A DNA stretch of 40,782 bases from an uncultured Rikenella sp. (GTDB lineage: Bacteria; Bacteroidota; Bacteroidia; Bacteroidales; Rikenellaceae), in NCBI GenBank assembly GCA_964486945.1, contig CAZAPI010000001.1:1-40782 (forward strand). The letters run 5' to 3'. Positions 28,096 to 37,508 of the stretch are shown here, one piece after another. The notes beneath the pieces are model-generated. The model was not told where the DNA came from, did no database searches, and saw only the letters and a list, made by a program, of their open reading frames with translations. The first letter of the stretch is position 1, and each line of letters opens with the position of its first letter. The translations under genes were made by a program, and so were the position numbers.

Positions 28096-28479
28096 TCAAT
28101 TTCTGATGCGGAAGAACTGCTTCTGCAATTTCGGGTCGAAAAAGAGCACCACGAGGCCCTGCAAATGTGCCGCTACCGCCTGCGTCCCCTCATACCACGC
28201 CTCGAACTCCCTCCGCTCCCGCGCCGAACGGAACGGTTCCCGGAGCAAGACCACCGCCGGCGGAGAATCGAGCGCCAAAAGCTCCGGCACCGACCCCACA
28301 ACAGCCACATTCTCCGCCCCGTACCGGTCGGCGATAGCCGCCGGAAGCGTCCGGCGGCGGTTAGGCAAAACCACCTCGCGGATAAAACGGTACATCATCG
28401 GCGAGTGAACCGCATAGCCCCGCCAATGCGCAGCCGTCAATGCGTGTCGAAAACGCGTATAAAACTGGTATCCCGTCAT
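28096..28479 (-). CDS. Small protein resembling the termini of a Bacteroidota class I methyltransferase-like family
   Basis: [18 protein letters not shown]-terminus and [20 protein letters not shown]-terminus; ATG abuts the upstream stop; no GxGxG motif. Confidence 0.6.
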   Translation of the reverse strand: MTGYQFYTRFRHALTAAHWRGYAVHSPMMYRFIREVVLPNRRRTLPAAIADRYGAENVAVVGSVPELLALDSPPAVVLLREPFRSARERREFEAWYEGTQAVAAHLQGLVVLFFDPKLQKQFFRIRN

Positions 28480-29724
28480 TTACTTACCTCCTGCAACCGC
28501 TTTTCCCGCCAGGTAGCCCGTCGATAAAGCCACTTGTATATTATAGCCTCCGGTATCCGCATCGATATCCAGCAACTCACCGGCAAAATAGAGTCCCTTG
28601 ACTTTCAAAGATTCCATTGTTCGCGGATCGACCTCCGACAGATCGACCCCGCCCGCCGTAACAATCGCTTCGGTGAACGGCCGGTAGTCTCGCACCGGGA
28701 ACCGCCACCTTTTCAAAACAACGACAAGCCGCTCGCGGTCAGCCGCCGACAGGGAATCCACTGGTTTCGACACCGACAATCCCGCTTCCCGGGCAATTAC
28801 CGTCCGCAGCTGCAGCGGCAATAACTTCTGCAACAACACCTTAACCGGGGTATCACCACCGAGTTGCAGGATTTCCCGTTCGATGCGATTCCGCAGCTTC
28901 TCTGCCGAAAGCGCCGGCTTCAGGTCGATAGCCGCCTCCACCCGCCTGCCGTCCGCAATGGCGTCTACCGCCGTGCGGCTCACCTGCAAAACGATAGCCC
29001 CGCCCATCACCCCATCCGCCGTGAACTCCATCTCGCCGAACCGCCGCTCCGCCACCTCGCCGTCCACAACCAACGACAGCTCCACATTCCGCAAAGCCAG
29101 CCCTTTAAGGCCGGCTGGCACCGAAATCTCCAGCGGCACCAGCGACGGCCTGAGCGGTTCGATCCGGTGTCCCGCCTCGTAAGCCATCCCGTGACCCTCG
29201 CCCGTGGAGCCCGTCGCCGGATAGCTCACCCCGCCCGTAGCCAGCAACACTGCCTTAGCCGGAACATGCTCTCCCGACTCCAAAACCGCCCCCCGGATAA
29301 ATTCGTCCGAGATCATCAACGATGCCACCGGCGCATGGCACCTGATCTCGGTTCCGCACCGTTCCGCCCACGACACCAAAGCATTCGCCACATCCCAAGC
29401 CTTGCCCGAAGCCGGGAAAAGACGTCCGCCCCGTTCACAGACAAGCGGCACGTTCAAAGCCTCGACAAACCGCATCGTTGCCCGGTTGTCGAACGCCTCG
29501 AACGCTGCCCTGAAAAATTCCGAGCCCTGTTTCACCTTCGCCAGGAACTCCTCCCGCGGACGGTCATTGGTCACATTGCACCGCCCCTTGCCCGTGATGC
29601 GCAGCTTCCGCGCCGGCTTCTCCATCTTCTCCAGCAACAGCACACGCCTCGCACCCGACGACGAGGCCGTCCCCGCCGCCATCAAGCCCGCAACACCGCC
29701 GCCCACCACGATCAGGTCATACAT
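28480..29724 (-). CDS. HI0933/YhiN(BaiN)-family FAD-dependent oxidoreductase
   Basis: IVVGGGVAG, KLRITGKGRCNVTN, ATGGVSYPATGSTG, VTAGGV, GLYFAGELLDIDADTGGYNIQ. Confidence 0.92.
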   Translation of the reverse strand: MYDLIVVGGGVAGLMAAGTASSSGARRVLLLEKMEKPARKLRITGKGRCNVTNDRPREEFLAKVKQGSEFFRAAFEAFDNRATMRFVEALNVPLVCERGGRLFPASGKAWDVANALVSWAERCGTEIRCHAPVASLMISDEFIRGAVLESGEHVPAKAVLLATGGVSYPATGSTGEGHGMAYEAGHRIEPLRPSLVPLEISVPAGLKGLALRNVELSLVVDGEVAERRFGEMEFTADGVMGGAIVLQVSRTAVDAIADGRRVEAAIDLKPALSAEKLRNRIEREILQLGGDTPVKVLLQKLLPLQLRTVIAREAGLSVSKPVDSLSAADRERLVVVLKRWRFPVRDYRPFTEAIVTAGGVDLSEVDPRTMESLKVKGLYFAGELLDIDADTGGYNIQVALSTGYLAGKAVAGGK

Positions 29725-30466
29725 GGCGCAGCGCCTCTATCGATTTGACCACCCGCTCCGGATCGGTAATATCCCGCGCGAACTCCTCGACCGTCACCGT
29801 CCCTCCCATCGACACCCGCTCGTTGCGGTACTCCATCCCCCCCTCGACCCGGTGCCGCGCAGACATATGGAATTCCGTAGCATGCGTATCCGCAGCCAGC
29901 TGCGCCACATTGTTTTCGTTCACTCCGCAGCCCGGCATAATAATGATCCGTCCCGCAGCCCTTTCAACAAGTTCCGCTATAAGCCAGGCACCCGCCGGTG
30001 CCGAGGCTTCCTGTCCCGACGTCAGTATCCGGTCGAAACCCAGCGAGATAATCTGCTCCAACGCCTCGAACGGATCGCGGCAGACATCGAACGCCCGGTG
30101 AAATGTGGTCGACAGTCCCCCTGCGGCAGCCATCAGCTCCGCGTTCCGTTCGCTGTCGATCGTCCCGTCCGCCCGGAGGCATCCGAAGACCACCCCGTCC
30201 GCTCCCGCCGCCTTGGCCGCTTCGATGTCGATCAGCATCGTCTGAATCTCGGCCGGGGTATAGAGGAAATCGCCGCCCCGGGGCCGGATAATCACGTTCA
30301 GCTGGATACCTATCGCCCGGCGGGCCGTCACCATTTCGCCGTAGCTCGGCGTGGTTCCCCCTTCCGGGATCCCCGCACACAACTCCACCCGCGCTGCCCC
30401 GCCCTGCTCCGCCGCCACGCAACTCGCCGCCGAATTGGCGCACACTTCGATAACCGGTTCTACCAT
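29717..30466 (-). CDS. cutC: CutC family protein
   Basis: IEVCA, RVELC, GGTTPSYG, IRPRGGDF, TFHRAFD, RILTSG. Confidence 0.95.
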   Translation of the reverse strand: MVEPVIEVCANSAASCVAAEQGGAARVELCAGIPEGGTTPSYGEMVTARRAIGIQLNVIIRPRGGDFLYTPAEIQTMLIDIEAAKAAGADGVVFGCLRADGTIDSERNAELMAAAGGLSTTFHRAFDVCRDPFEALEQIISLGFDRILTSGQEASAPAGAWLIAELVERAAGRIIIMPGCGVNENNVAQLAADTHATEFHMSARHRVEGGMEYRNERVSMGGTVTVEEFARDITDPERVVKSIEALRHV

Positions 30467-32190
30467 ATATATGTCCCTTTAAATGTTTTAGTATTCCCTT
30501 TGGCATCGCGTACCGTCAACACCGCGTCATGCTTCACGGGCGTCGTCCCGCACACCGGCACATGCTCCATCGTCCGGCTCTTCGGATCCCAGGCCAACAA
30601 TTCCCACTTCCCGTCCACTGTCAGCGTATAACATGCGATGCCCGATAGGTCGTCCGTTACCTGCCACCGCACCGTCTTTCCCGCCGGTATTTGCGCACCG
30701 GAGGCATACAGCGGCCTGACCACCGGCGCTACGGTGTCCACGGCCACGGCAAAACAGCCGAGCCGCTTCACCTGCGCCGACACCCGCTGTACTGCGGCAT
30801 CCCAGCCGCCCCCGACGCTCCCCGGCCTCCCGTTATCCCCGATGGCAACCAACAAGGCTTTGTCCCGTAGGGATTCCGACAGTTCCGGCACTGCGATACT
30901 CACCGTCGCCGCCTTCTGCAACGGAATATCGGAGGAACCCGCTCGCACGACCGGCAAGCCCCCCACCGAATCCCGCGAAACCGGAATCAACATCGACTCG
31001 TACAACGCTCCGCCCGGAATCGCGACCTGCGCGCCGGACAGGTCGAAAGTCCTCCCATTCCACCACAACACAGGCTCCCCTGGCGGCACTTCCGTATCGG
31101 CTACCGTCCCGCGCTCGATCCGGAAACGGAGCCGGGTGCTGTTCCCCGCATCGTCCGTCACAACAGTTTCGATCCGGCGCGGCCCGCCATCAGCCACGGA
31201 GATCGTCCCGTCGGCGGTTTTCCGCTCCGGTCCGTAAACCGCCAGCCGGTTATGCGGCGACACCCAAGCCCGCAACACCGAAGTCCGTCGCGCACGGTGG
31301 TTCTCCGGATAATCCACGAACGTATTGACATATCCCGTCGTCGTAAAATCGAGCCGGTCGATGGCGAAGCTGAAATTCACCTCCCCGTCCACCCGCTGCC
31401 GGAGTGCGTAGACCCCCATAGTATTGGATTTTCCGTCTTTATAGTCGATCACCTCGTAAGCCAGATAGCCCCGCCTGCCGAGCCGGAGCACCGAATCTTC
31501 CGGCACCGCCGTGCCGTCGGGCTGCATCCGCACCGCCACGCTCTGCCGCAGCGTCCGGAAAGGCACGCCCCTGACCGAATCCACCTCATACAATAATATC
31601 CGGCTCACCACCGGCGGCACCCGGTCGGCGACCTGGAAGACTTTCTGGGCGATCAGGTTCCGCGACCGGCCCTGCGCATCGCGGATCTCGAAATGGAGGT
31701 GCGGGCCGCCCGATGACCCCGTATTCCCGAGAAAAGCGATCCGCTCGCCCTTGGCTACCGGGAACTGCCCCTTGGCCGGATAGAGGTCGACCCGGAACGA
31801 CCGTTTGGCATACTGCTGCGCCCGCACCCACCGCGCGATCTGCGGCGCAAAAGCATTCAGGTGTCCGTACACCGACGTTTCACCATTCGGGTGCGTCACA
31901 TAAAGTACATTTCCGTACCCCGTCGGCGACACCCCCACGCGCGACACATAACCGTCCCCCGTGGCATACACCGGACTCCCCACGCCCTGCAACGCCTTGA
32001 TGTCCACCCCGGCATGGAAATGATCCGAGCGTATCTCACCCACGTTCCCCGCCAGCGTAATGGCGAATCCCACCGGCGAGCGGTAGTGCTCCGCCCCGTA
32101 TGCTTTTGTTCCGACCTGTCCGTAGGCCCGTCCGCAGACCACTGCGCACAGGCCCAGGATCGCCAAAAATATCTTTTCTAAAATCACCAT
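30460..32190 (-). CDS. Exported M23-family metallopeptidase with C-terminal beta domains
   Basis: Signal peptide, HFHAGVDI (HxxxD), YGHL, GNTGSSGGPHLHFEIR (HxH). Confidence 0.9.
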   Translation of the reverse strand: MVILEKIFLAILGLCAVVCGRAYGQVGTKAYGAEHYRSPVGFAITLAGNVGEIRSDHFHAGVDIKALQGVGSPVYATGDGYVSRVGVSPTGYGNVLYVTHPNGETSVYGHLNAFAPQIARWVRAQQYAKRSFRVDLYPAKGQFPVAKGERIAFLGNTGSSGGPHLHFEIRDAQGRSRNLIAQKVFQVADRVPPVVSRILLYEVDSVRGVPFRTLRQSVAVRMQPDGTAVPEDSVLRLGRRGYLAYEVIDYKDGKSNTMGVYALRQRVDGEVNFSFAIDRLDFTTTGYVNTFVDYPENHRARRTSVLRAWVSPHNRLAVYGPERKTADGTISVADGGPRRIETVVTDDAGNSTRLRFRIERGTVADTEVPPGEPVLWWNGRTFDLSGAQVAIPGGALYESMLIPVSRDSVGGLPVVRAGSSDIPLQKAATVSIAVPELSESLRDKALLVAIGDNGRPGSVGGGWDAAVQRVSAQVKRLGCFAVAVDTVAPVVRPLYASGAQIPAGKTVRWQVTDDLSGIACYTLTVDGKWELLAWDPKSRTMEHVPVCGTTPVKHDAVLTVRDAKGNTKTFKGTYIW

Positions 32191-32768
32191 CTCGTAAAAT
32201 CTTCACCCGGCTCGTACCCATCGGCCATGATCCGTTCCAATATCTCCTGTATTTCCGAATAGTCGTACCCCCGCCCCATCGCCCAGCGGAACAGTTTCGT
32301 CCGCAAGTCATACGCCCCTTTGGCTTTCTCCCGTTCCCGCAAAAAACGCCGGCAGAGCATCGTCTCTAACTTGTCCACCTGCAACTCCGGCTCGATCTGT
32401 CGGAGCGCCTCCGCGATAATCTCCTTCGGTATCCCTTTCGCCTTCAGCCCCAGCTCGATCTTGCGCCGCCCCCAGCCTGAACAGTTCATCTTCTCCCGCA
32501 CATAGGCCCGCGCGTACCGCTCCTCGTCCACGAACTTCTCCTTTACCAGCCGGGCGATGATCGGCTCGTAGTCTTCCCTGTTCATCCGCCACCGGTAGAG
32601 CGACCGTTTGATGTCGCTGATGCACCGCTCGCTTTTGGCGCAGGTCAGCATCAGCGATTCCAATGCCCGTTCCACACTCTTCGCGGGCTGGGAGTAGTCG
32701 ATGTTTTCGGGCCGTTTGCGCTCCCGCACCCGCTTGTAGCCAACCTCTTCATCGCCGTAATATACCAT
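32184..32768 (-). CDS. recX: Regulatory protein RecX
   Basis: CAKSERCISDI, FVDEERYARAYV, WGRRKIELGLKAKGI, RWAMGRGY; downstream of prmC. Start set at ATG 32768. Confidence 0.88.
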   Translation of the reverse strand: MVYYGDEEVGYKRVRERKRPENIDYSQPAKSVERALESLMLTCAKSERCISDIKRSLYRWRMNREDYEPIIARLVKEKFVDEERYARAYVREKMNCSGWGRRKIELGLKAKGIPKEIIAEALRQIEPELQVDKLETMLCRRFLREREKAKGAYDLRTKLFRWAMGRGYDYSEIQEILERIMADGYEPGEDFTRW

Positions 32769-32907
32769 TGTTCCAAATCTTAAATGCCGCGTTCTTCCTA
32801 TGGACAGGCCGCAGGCCACCCCCCCGGCGCAGAACCGGTGCCGCCGGACACTCCAACCGGGCTGTGGCTACCTTTATATTGCGGCACCGCCGGCTCCGGC
32901 CCTAAAA

Positions 32908-33750
32908 CTACAAATGGCCTCCAATCCCCCGCACGCTCCGCTCCCGGCCATGAATATCTTTCAAAATCCGCACTGCCTCATACCCCAGTGACGACAACAA
33001 CTCCCGTACCGGACCGCCATACCGTTCGTTGATCTCGAACCACAACTCCCCGCCCGGTTCGAGCAAGGGCAGCCGCGCAATGGCCCGATAGAACAGCAAC
33101 GGGTCGTCGTCGGGCACGTACAACGCCCCCTCCGGTTCATAACGCACAACATTCGCCCGCATCCCTGCCCGTTCCGAATCCAGCACATAGGGCGGATTAC
33201 TCACCACCAGATCGAATCGTTCCCCTTCCGAAGGCACATAGTTCAGCACGTCCCGTTCCACGAATCGCACGCGACCACACACACCATGGGTTTCGGCATT
33301 GGAAGCGGCCACCGCCAAAGCTCCCGCCGAAATATCCCACGCCTCCGCATACGCATCGCACCACTCCACCGCCAGCGTCACCGCAAGAGCACCGCTCCCC
33401 GTACCGATGTCGAGCACCCGTTTTTTCGGCGAACCGGCCAGTATCTCCTCCGCCAACTGTTCCGTCTCGACCCGGGGGATCAACGTGTCGCGCGTCACCT
33501 GGAACAGCCGTCCGTAAAACTCCTGCCTGCCGGTCACATACTGCACCGGTTCCCACGCCTCCAGCCGCCGCACATCCGCCTCCCACTCCCCGCCACGTTC
33601 AAAAACGGAAGTACCGTTCATCACCCGCTCCAGATGCCCGATCCCGTATTTATCCTCCAGCAACCGCGCAGCGACAACCTCCGCCTCCCGTCCTCCGTAA
33701 AGGACCGAAAGACGCGCCACTGCATCCCGATATGTCTCCGAAAGAGTCAA
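32908..33750 (-). CDS. prmC: Release factor glutamine N5-methyltransferase
   Basis: EPVQYVTG, LIPRVETE, LDIGTGSG, VSNPPY, FEINE. TTG 33750 gives 280 aa and avoids overlap with ribD; start uncertain. Confidence 0.92.
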   Translation of the reverse strand: MTLSETYRDAVARLSVLYGGREAEVVAARLLEDKYGIGHLERVMNGTSVFERGGEWEADVRRLEAWEPVQYVTGRQEFYGRLFQVTRDTLIPRVETEQLAEEILAGSPKKRVLDIGTGSGALAVTLAVEWCDAYAEAWDISAGALAVAASNAETHGVCGRVRFVERDVLNYVPSEGERFDLVVSNPPYVLDSERAGMRANVVRYEPEGALYVPDDDPLLFYRAIARLPLLEPGGELWFEINERYGGPVRELLSSLGYEAVRILKDIHGRERSVRGIGGHL

Positions 33751-33757
33751 AGTCAAG

Positions 33758-33765
33758 CAAAGATA
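33758..33765 (-). promoter_or_regulatory. -7 box (TATCTTTG) for prmC
   Basis: Exact TAnnTTTG, 7 nt from TTG 33750. Confidence 0.7.
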
Positions 33766-33767
33766 AT

Positions 33768-33775
33768 TAAATTTG
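33768..33775 (+). promoter_or_regulatory. -7 box (TAAATTTG) for ribD
   Basis: Exact TAnnTTTG, 5 nt from ATG 33781. Confidence 0.7.
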
Positions 33776-33780
33776 TCGCC

Positions 33781-34878
33781 ATGATGGAAGAAGCCTACAT
33801 GAAAAGGTGCCTGGAGCTGGCGGCTCTGGGAGCCGGCAGCGCATCGCCCAACCCGCTGGTCGGATGCGTAATCGTCCACGACGGGCAGATCATCGGCGAA
33901 GGATGGCACCGGCAATACGGAGGGCCGCATGCCGAAGTGAACGCCGTGGCCGACGCCGAAGCGAACGGCCACGGCCCGCTCTTACAGGAAAGCACGCTGT
34001 ACGTGAACCTCGAGCCGTGCAGCCATTGGGGCAAAACGCCGCCGTGCGCCGACCTGATCATCGAAAAGCGGATACCGCGCGTAGCGGTGGGCTGCATCGA
34101 CTCCTATTGCGAGGTGAGCGGCCGGGGCATTGCAAAAATGCGGGAAGCGGGAATCGACGTAACGGTGGGGATGCTGGAAAAAGAGTGCCTGCACTTCAAC
34201 CGCCGATTTTTTACGGCGCAAAACGAAAGCAGGCCGTATATTATCCTGAAATGGGCGCAGACTTCGGACGGGTTTCTGGACGCGGTGCGCCCATCGGCGG
34301 AAATCCCGGCGGCTTGGATGACGGGCGAGGCGGCGAAAATACTGGTACACCGTTGGCGGGCCGAAGAGGATGCAATACTGGTGGGGACACGCACGGCGAT
34401 GCTTGACAATCCCTCGCTGACTGTGCGTGCGTGGCGGGGACGCAATCCGCTGCGGGTAGTGCCCGACCGGCATTTGGTCTTGCCGCCGGAACTGAATGTC
34501 TTCAACGGCGAAGCGCGGACGGTGCTGTTCACAGCCGCCTCGAACAAGGCTGCGGCGGAAAGCCGCTTTGCCAGGAAGCCGAATGTATCGATCGAAACTT
34601 TCGGAGGTCCGGAAGATCTATTGCAAGCCCTGCGGCGGGAGCCGTACCGGGTACAGTCCATCATGATCGAGGGGGGGGCGCAATTGTTGAACTCGGTCAT
34701 CGGGGCCGGGTTGTGGGACGAGGCGCGGGTTTTCACCGCTTCTATGGCGCTGAACGAACTTTACCCGGCTGCGCTTATTCCGGAGCCGCAAGGCGTGCCG
34801 GCTCCGATTCTTCCCGGAAGTGCAAAGATCACGGGCGAACTCCCGGCGGTGGGACTGAAAATCTTTGAGCGGAACTAA
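33781..34878 (+). CDS. ribD: Bifunctional riboflavin deaminase/reductase RibD
   Basis: PNPLVGCVIV, PHAEV, YVNLEPCSHWGKTPPC, LKWAQTSDG, DNPSLT, IEGG. Start at ATG 33781 or 33784. Confidence 0.96.
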   Translation: MMEEAYMKRCLELAALGAGSASPNPLVGCVIVHDGQIIGEGWHRQYGGPHAEVNAVADAEANGHGPLLQESTLYVNLEPCSHWGKTPPCADLIIEKRIPRVAVGCIDSYCEVSGRGIAKMREAGIDVTVGMLEKECLHFNRRFFTAQNESRPYIILKWAQTSDGFLDAVRPSAEIPAAWMTGEAAKILVHRWRAEEDAILVGTRTAMLDNPSLTVRAWRGRNPLRVVPDRHLVLPPELNVFNGEARTVLFTAASNKAAAESRFARKPNVSIETFGGPEDLLQALRREPYRVQSIMIEGGAQLLNSVIGAGLWDEARVFTASMALNELYPAALIPEPQGVPAPILPGSAKITGELPAVGLKIFERN

Positions 34879-35046
34879 CCTGCCTATCACGGGCCAGCCT
34901 CAACGACAGGCCCGAATCCCGGAAAATTCCCGTGGCAACGGGCAGTCCGGAGTCTCCCCGGGGCAGAGGGCCACTATACGTCCCTCGCAGGCTCCAGCCC
35001 GAAAAGACGCGGACAACGATTCCTTCCGGCCCCTCCGCGAAATGCT

Positions 35047-36249
35047 CTAAGAAACCGAGGTGACCTCTGAAGGATGCGCCCCGTAGGCCCGCAACGCCAA
35101 CCGTTTTACCCACACTACGAAACCGCCGGTCAGGATCAGGTTCAGCACTAACGTCAGCACAGAAATGATCAGCGCGGGGCCGCCGATATTGTACCCCAGC
35201 GCGATAAAGATGATCCCGGCCCCCACCTCGCCGCGCGTGAACATCCCCACCGACAAGGCCAGCCGCTCCTCGAACATCCGGTCACGGTAGAAAAACAGCG
35301 GCATCAGTTTCCCGATGTTCGACAAGACCGAAACGATCAGCACGTGGAACGCGATCATCCCCCACGACATCATCGGCTGCGTTCCCAGAATCGAAGGCGC
35401 ACCGCCCTCAGCCGCCGAATGGGCCGAGAACGCCTCCATGCCGTCCCCCACGAAATAGGGCATGCTCAGCCCCACCAGAAGCATGAACAGGAACGACACA
35501 CAGGTGGACACTTTCCGCTCAATGGGCGTGTCGACATGCTTGTGCCGCATCACCATCCCCAGCACGAACGCCGGGAGCAGCACTTCGATATGGATATGGA
35601 ACAACCGGTTGACCAGCCACGTCACGAAAATCACCGCCACCGCGTACAACAATATCGCCCACCACTCCTGTCTCATATCGTACTTGGCGAGCTGCCGCCA
35701 CCCGAAGCCCAGCAGTACGGTCACCACGGCAAGAATGACGATCACCTCCGGCCGGAAACCCACCATCATGATTTGAAGCGGGATCATCAGCAGGATGGTG
35801 TCCAGGTCGTCGAAGATTGCCAGCACCTGTATCTTGCGGTACATCCAGCTGGCCCGCAGGCCGATGGCCGCCAGCATCGTGAAGAGTATCCCCGCCGAGG
35901 TCGGTGCCGCGAAACGGCTCAGGAGCAGGCTCTCTTTCCAAGCGCCCCAGTCGCCGTGACAGGAGCCGGGCAGCAATACGAACACATAATAGACCGCCAC
36001 CAGAATCCACGGCAGCGCCGCTGTCGCCATGGCGATGAAATAGTCGCTCACATAGCCCCGCCAGCGGGCTTTGTCGACCTCGAACTCGCGGCCGACGTTG
36101 ATCATAATGAATGCCAGGCAGATATAGAGCAGTATGTCCGTCACCCCTTTGAACGAAGCGTAGCTCTCCCCCGCCATCAGCGTAGGAAGGGTCTGCGAGG
36201 CCGTCAAGCCCAGGATCAGGAAGAAAGAGAACAGGAGTATTTTACGCAT
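35047..36249 (-). CDS. Cation:proton antiporter (Na+/H+ exchanger-like) membrane protein
   Basis: 400 aa, about 12 hydrophobic segments, APTSAGI, AIFDDLD acidic pair, RGEVG. Confidence 0.75.
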   Translation of the reverse strand: MRKILLFSFFLILGLTASQTLPTLMAGESYASFKGVTDILLYICLAFIMINVGREFEVDKARWRGYVSDYFIAMATAALPWILVAVYYVFVLLPGSCHGDWGAWKESLLLSRFAAPTSAGILFTMLAAIGLRASWMYRKIQVLAIFDDLDTILLMIPLQIMMVGFRPEVIVILAVVTVLLGFGWRQLAKYDMRQEWWAILLYAVAVIFVTWLVNRLFHIHIEVLLPAFVLGMVMRHKHVDTPIERKVSTCVSFLFMLLVGLSMPYFVGDGMEAFSAHSAAEGGAPSILGTQPMMSWGMIAFHVLIVSVLSNIGKLMPLFFYRDRMFEERLALSVGMFTRGEVGAGIIFIALGYNIGGPALIISVLTLVLNLILTGGFVVWVKRLALRAYGAHPSEVTSVS

Positions 36250-36425
36250 TTATCTAAACTAATCGTTGTATTCCGGTAATACCGGGGTCAATATCTCGTG
36301 GGTGCGGAACGGCTGTCCTCAAAAGCACTGTATGCCGCCCCCGCCGCGCTCTTCTTGTCCGCCATCGCGCAGCAGATATGCCCGGCCTCCAAATATTGTC
36401 CCGCGTAAGGGTAAGCGGTGCTATA

Positions 36426-37508
36426 TCAGATATTTTCGGCGTTGCTTTTCAGGGTAAGGTTACACAGTTTGTAGAGTATCCGCGCCCCTACATTAGCATT
36501 CCACTCGCCGTCGCCATCCGACGGCGAAACCTCCGTCAGGTCGAACCCGACGATCCGCCGCCCCGACTCCACCAGCTTCGCCAACAGGTAGACCGCCTCG
36601 CGGTAGGACAATCCCCCCGGCACCGGCGTTCCCGTCCCCGGACAGTTGTCCGGCGAAAGTCCGTCGATATCGAAACTCACATAGACATTCTCCGGCAGTT
36701 GTTCGATGATTCCCGCGCACTGCATCCCCCAGTCCAACCCCTCGAAAGCATGCTTCGCCAGCGTATAATCGTCGTACTGCACCACCCGGCCATCGCTTTC
36801 CTCGGCCAATTGCACCTCCGCACCGCAAAAGTCCCGGATACCCACCTGCACCAGCCGCGAAACCTGCGGCAGCTGCAAAGCGTTGTACATAATAGAGGCG
36901 TGTGAATAAGCAAACCCCTCGTACGCCGCCCGCAAGTCCGCATGGGCATCTATGTGAAGAATCCCGAACTCCTCGCCGCGAGCGGCCAAAGAGCCCGCCA
37001 CCGCCCGCATCAGACCCAGCGGCGTGCTGTGATCCCCCCCCACAAGACCTACCGTCCGCCCTTGGGCCAATAGCGATGCCGCCTGCGTGAATATGATCTC
37101 GTTGAGCCGCTCGGAACCCGCATTGACTTCCGCCAACGGTACGGAAACTTCCTCGTCGGTAATCGCGCCCCCGTTTTCCAGGTGCGCGATCACCTTCTCC
37201 GCCTTCTTTCGCAGCCGGTCCGAAGCGTCCCTGATCCACTCGTCGGCAGGAAGCGTGCCGATCCCGCGCCGCCACCCCTCGGGATAGTGCGCGTCCCGCA
37301 ATTCGACCTGTGTCGAAGCCCCGACAATAGCCTCCGGAGCCGCCGCCGTCCCGTGGTTATACGAGACCGTCACGTCCCACGGTGCCGAAATAAGCACCAG
37401 ATCGGCTTCGGAAACTCCGAAAGGCAAACCGAAATAGTTGCCGTTGGCCACCCCCACGTCGTCCGGGGAAAAAGCGGTTATATCCGTATTATTACTGCTG
37501 CCACTCAT
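36426..37508 (-). CDS. speB: Agmatinase / ureohydrolase family protein
   Basis: GGDHS, HIDAHADLR, SHAS, SFDIDGLSP, GTGTPVPGG, DLTEV Mn-binding motifs; substrate inferred. Confidence 0.85.
   Translation of the reverse strand: MSGSSNNTDITAFSPDDVGVANGNYFGLPFGVSEADLVLISAPWDVTVSYNHGTAAAPEAIVGASTQVELRDAHYPEGWRRGIGTLPADEWIRDASDRLRKKAEKVIAHLENGGAITDEEVSVPLAEVNAGSERLNEIIFTQAASLLAQGRTVGLVGGDHSTPLGLMRAVAGSLAARGEEFGILHIDAHADLRAAYEGFAYSHASIMYNALQLPQVSRLVQVGIRDFCGAEVQLAEESDGRVVQYDDYTLAKHAFEGLDWGMQCAGIIEQLPENVYVSFDIDGLSPDNCPGTGTPVPGGLSYREAVYLLAKLVESGRRIVGFDLTEVSPSDGDGEWNANVGARILYKLCNLTLKSNAENI

Noticed and set aside
33286-33972. Apparent 690-bp overlap or N-terminal extensions of ribD and prmC
   Set aside because: Artefact of longest-ORF calling; homology starts at 33781 and about 33750, with promoter boxes in between.
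36250-36425. Fluoride or Na+/Li+ riboswitch in front of the antiporter
   Set aside because: No consensus recognisable by eye; would need an Infernal search.
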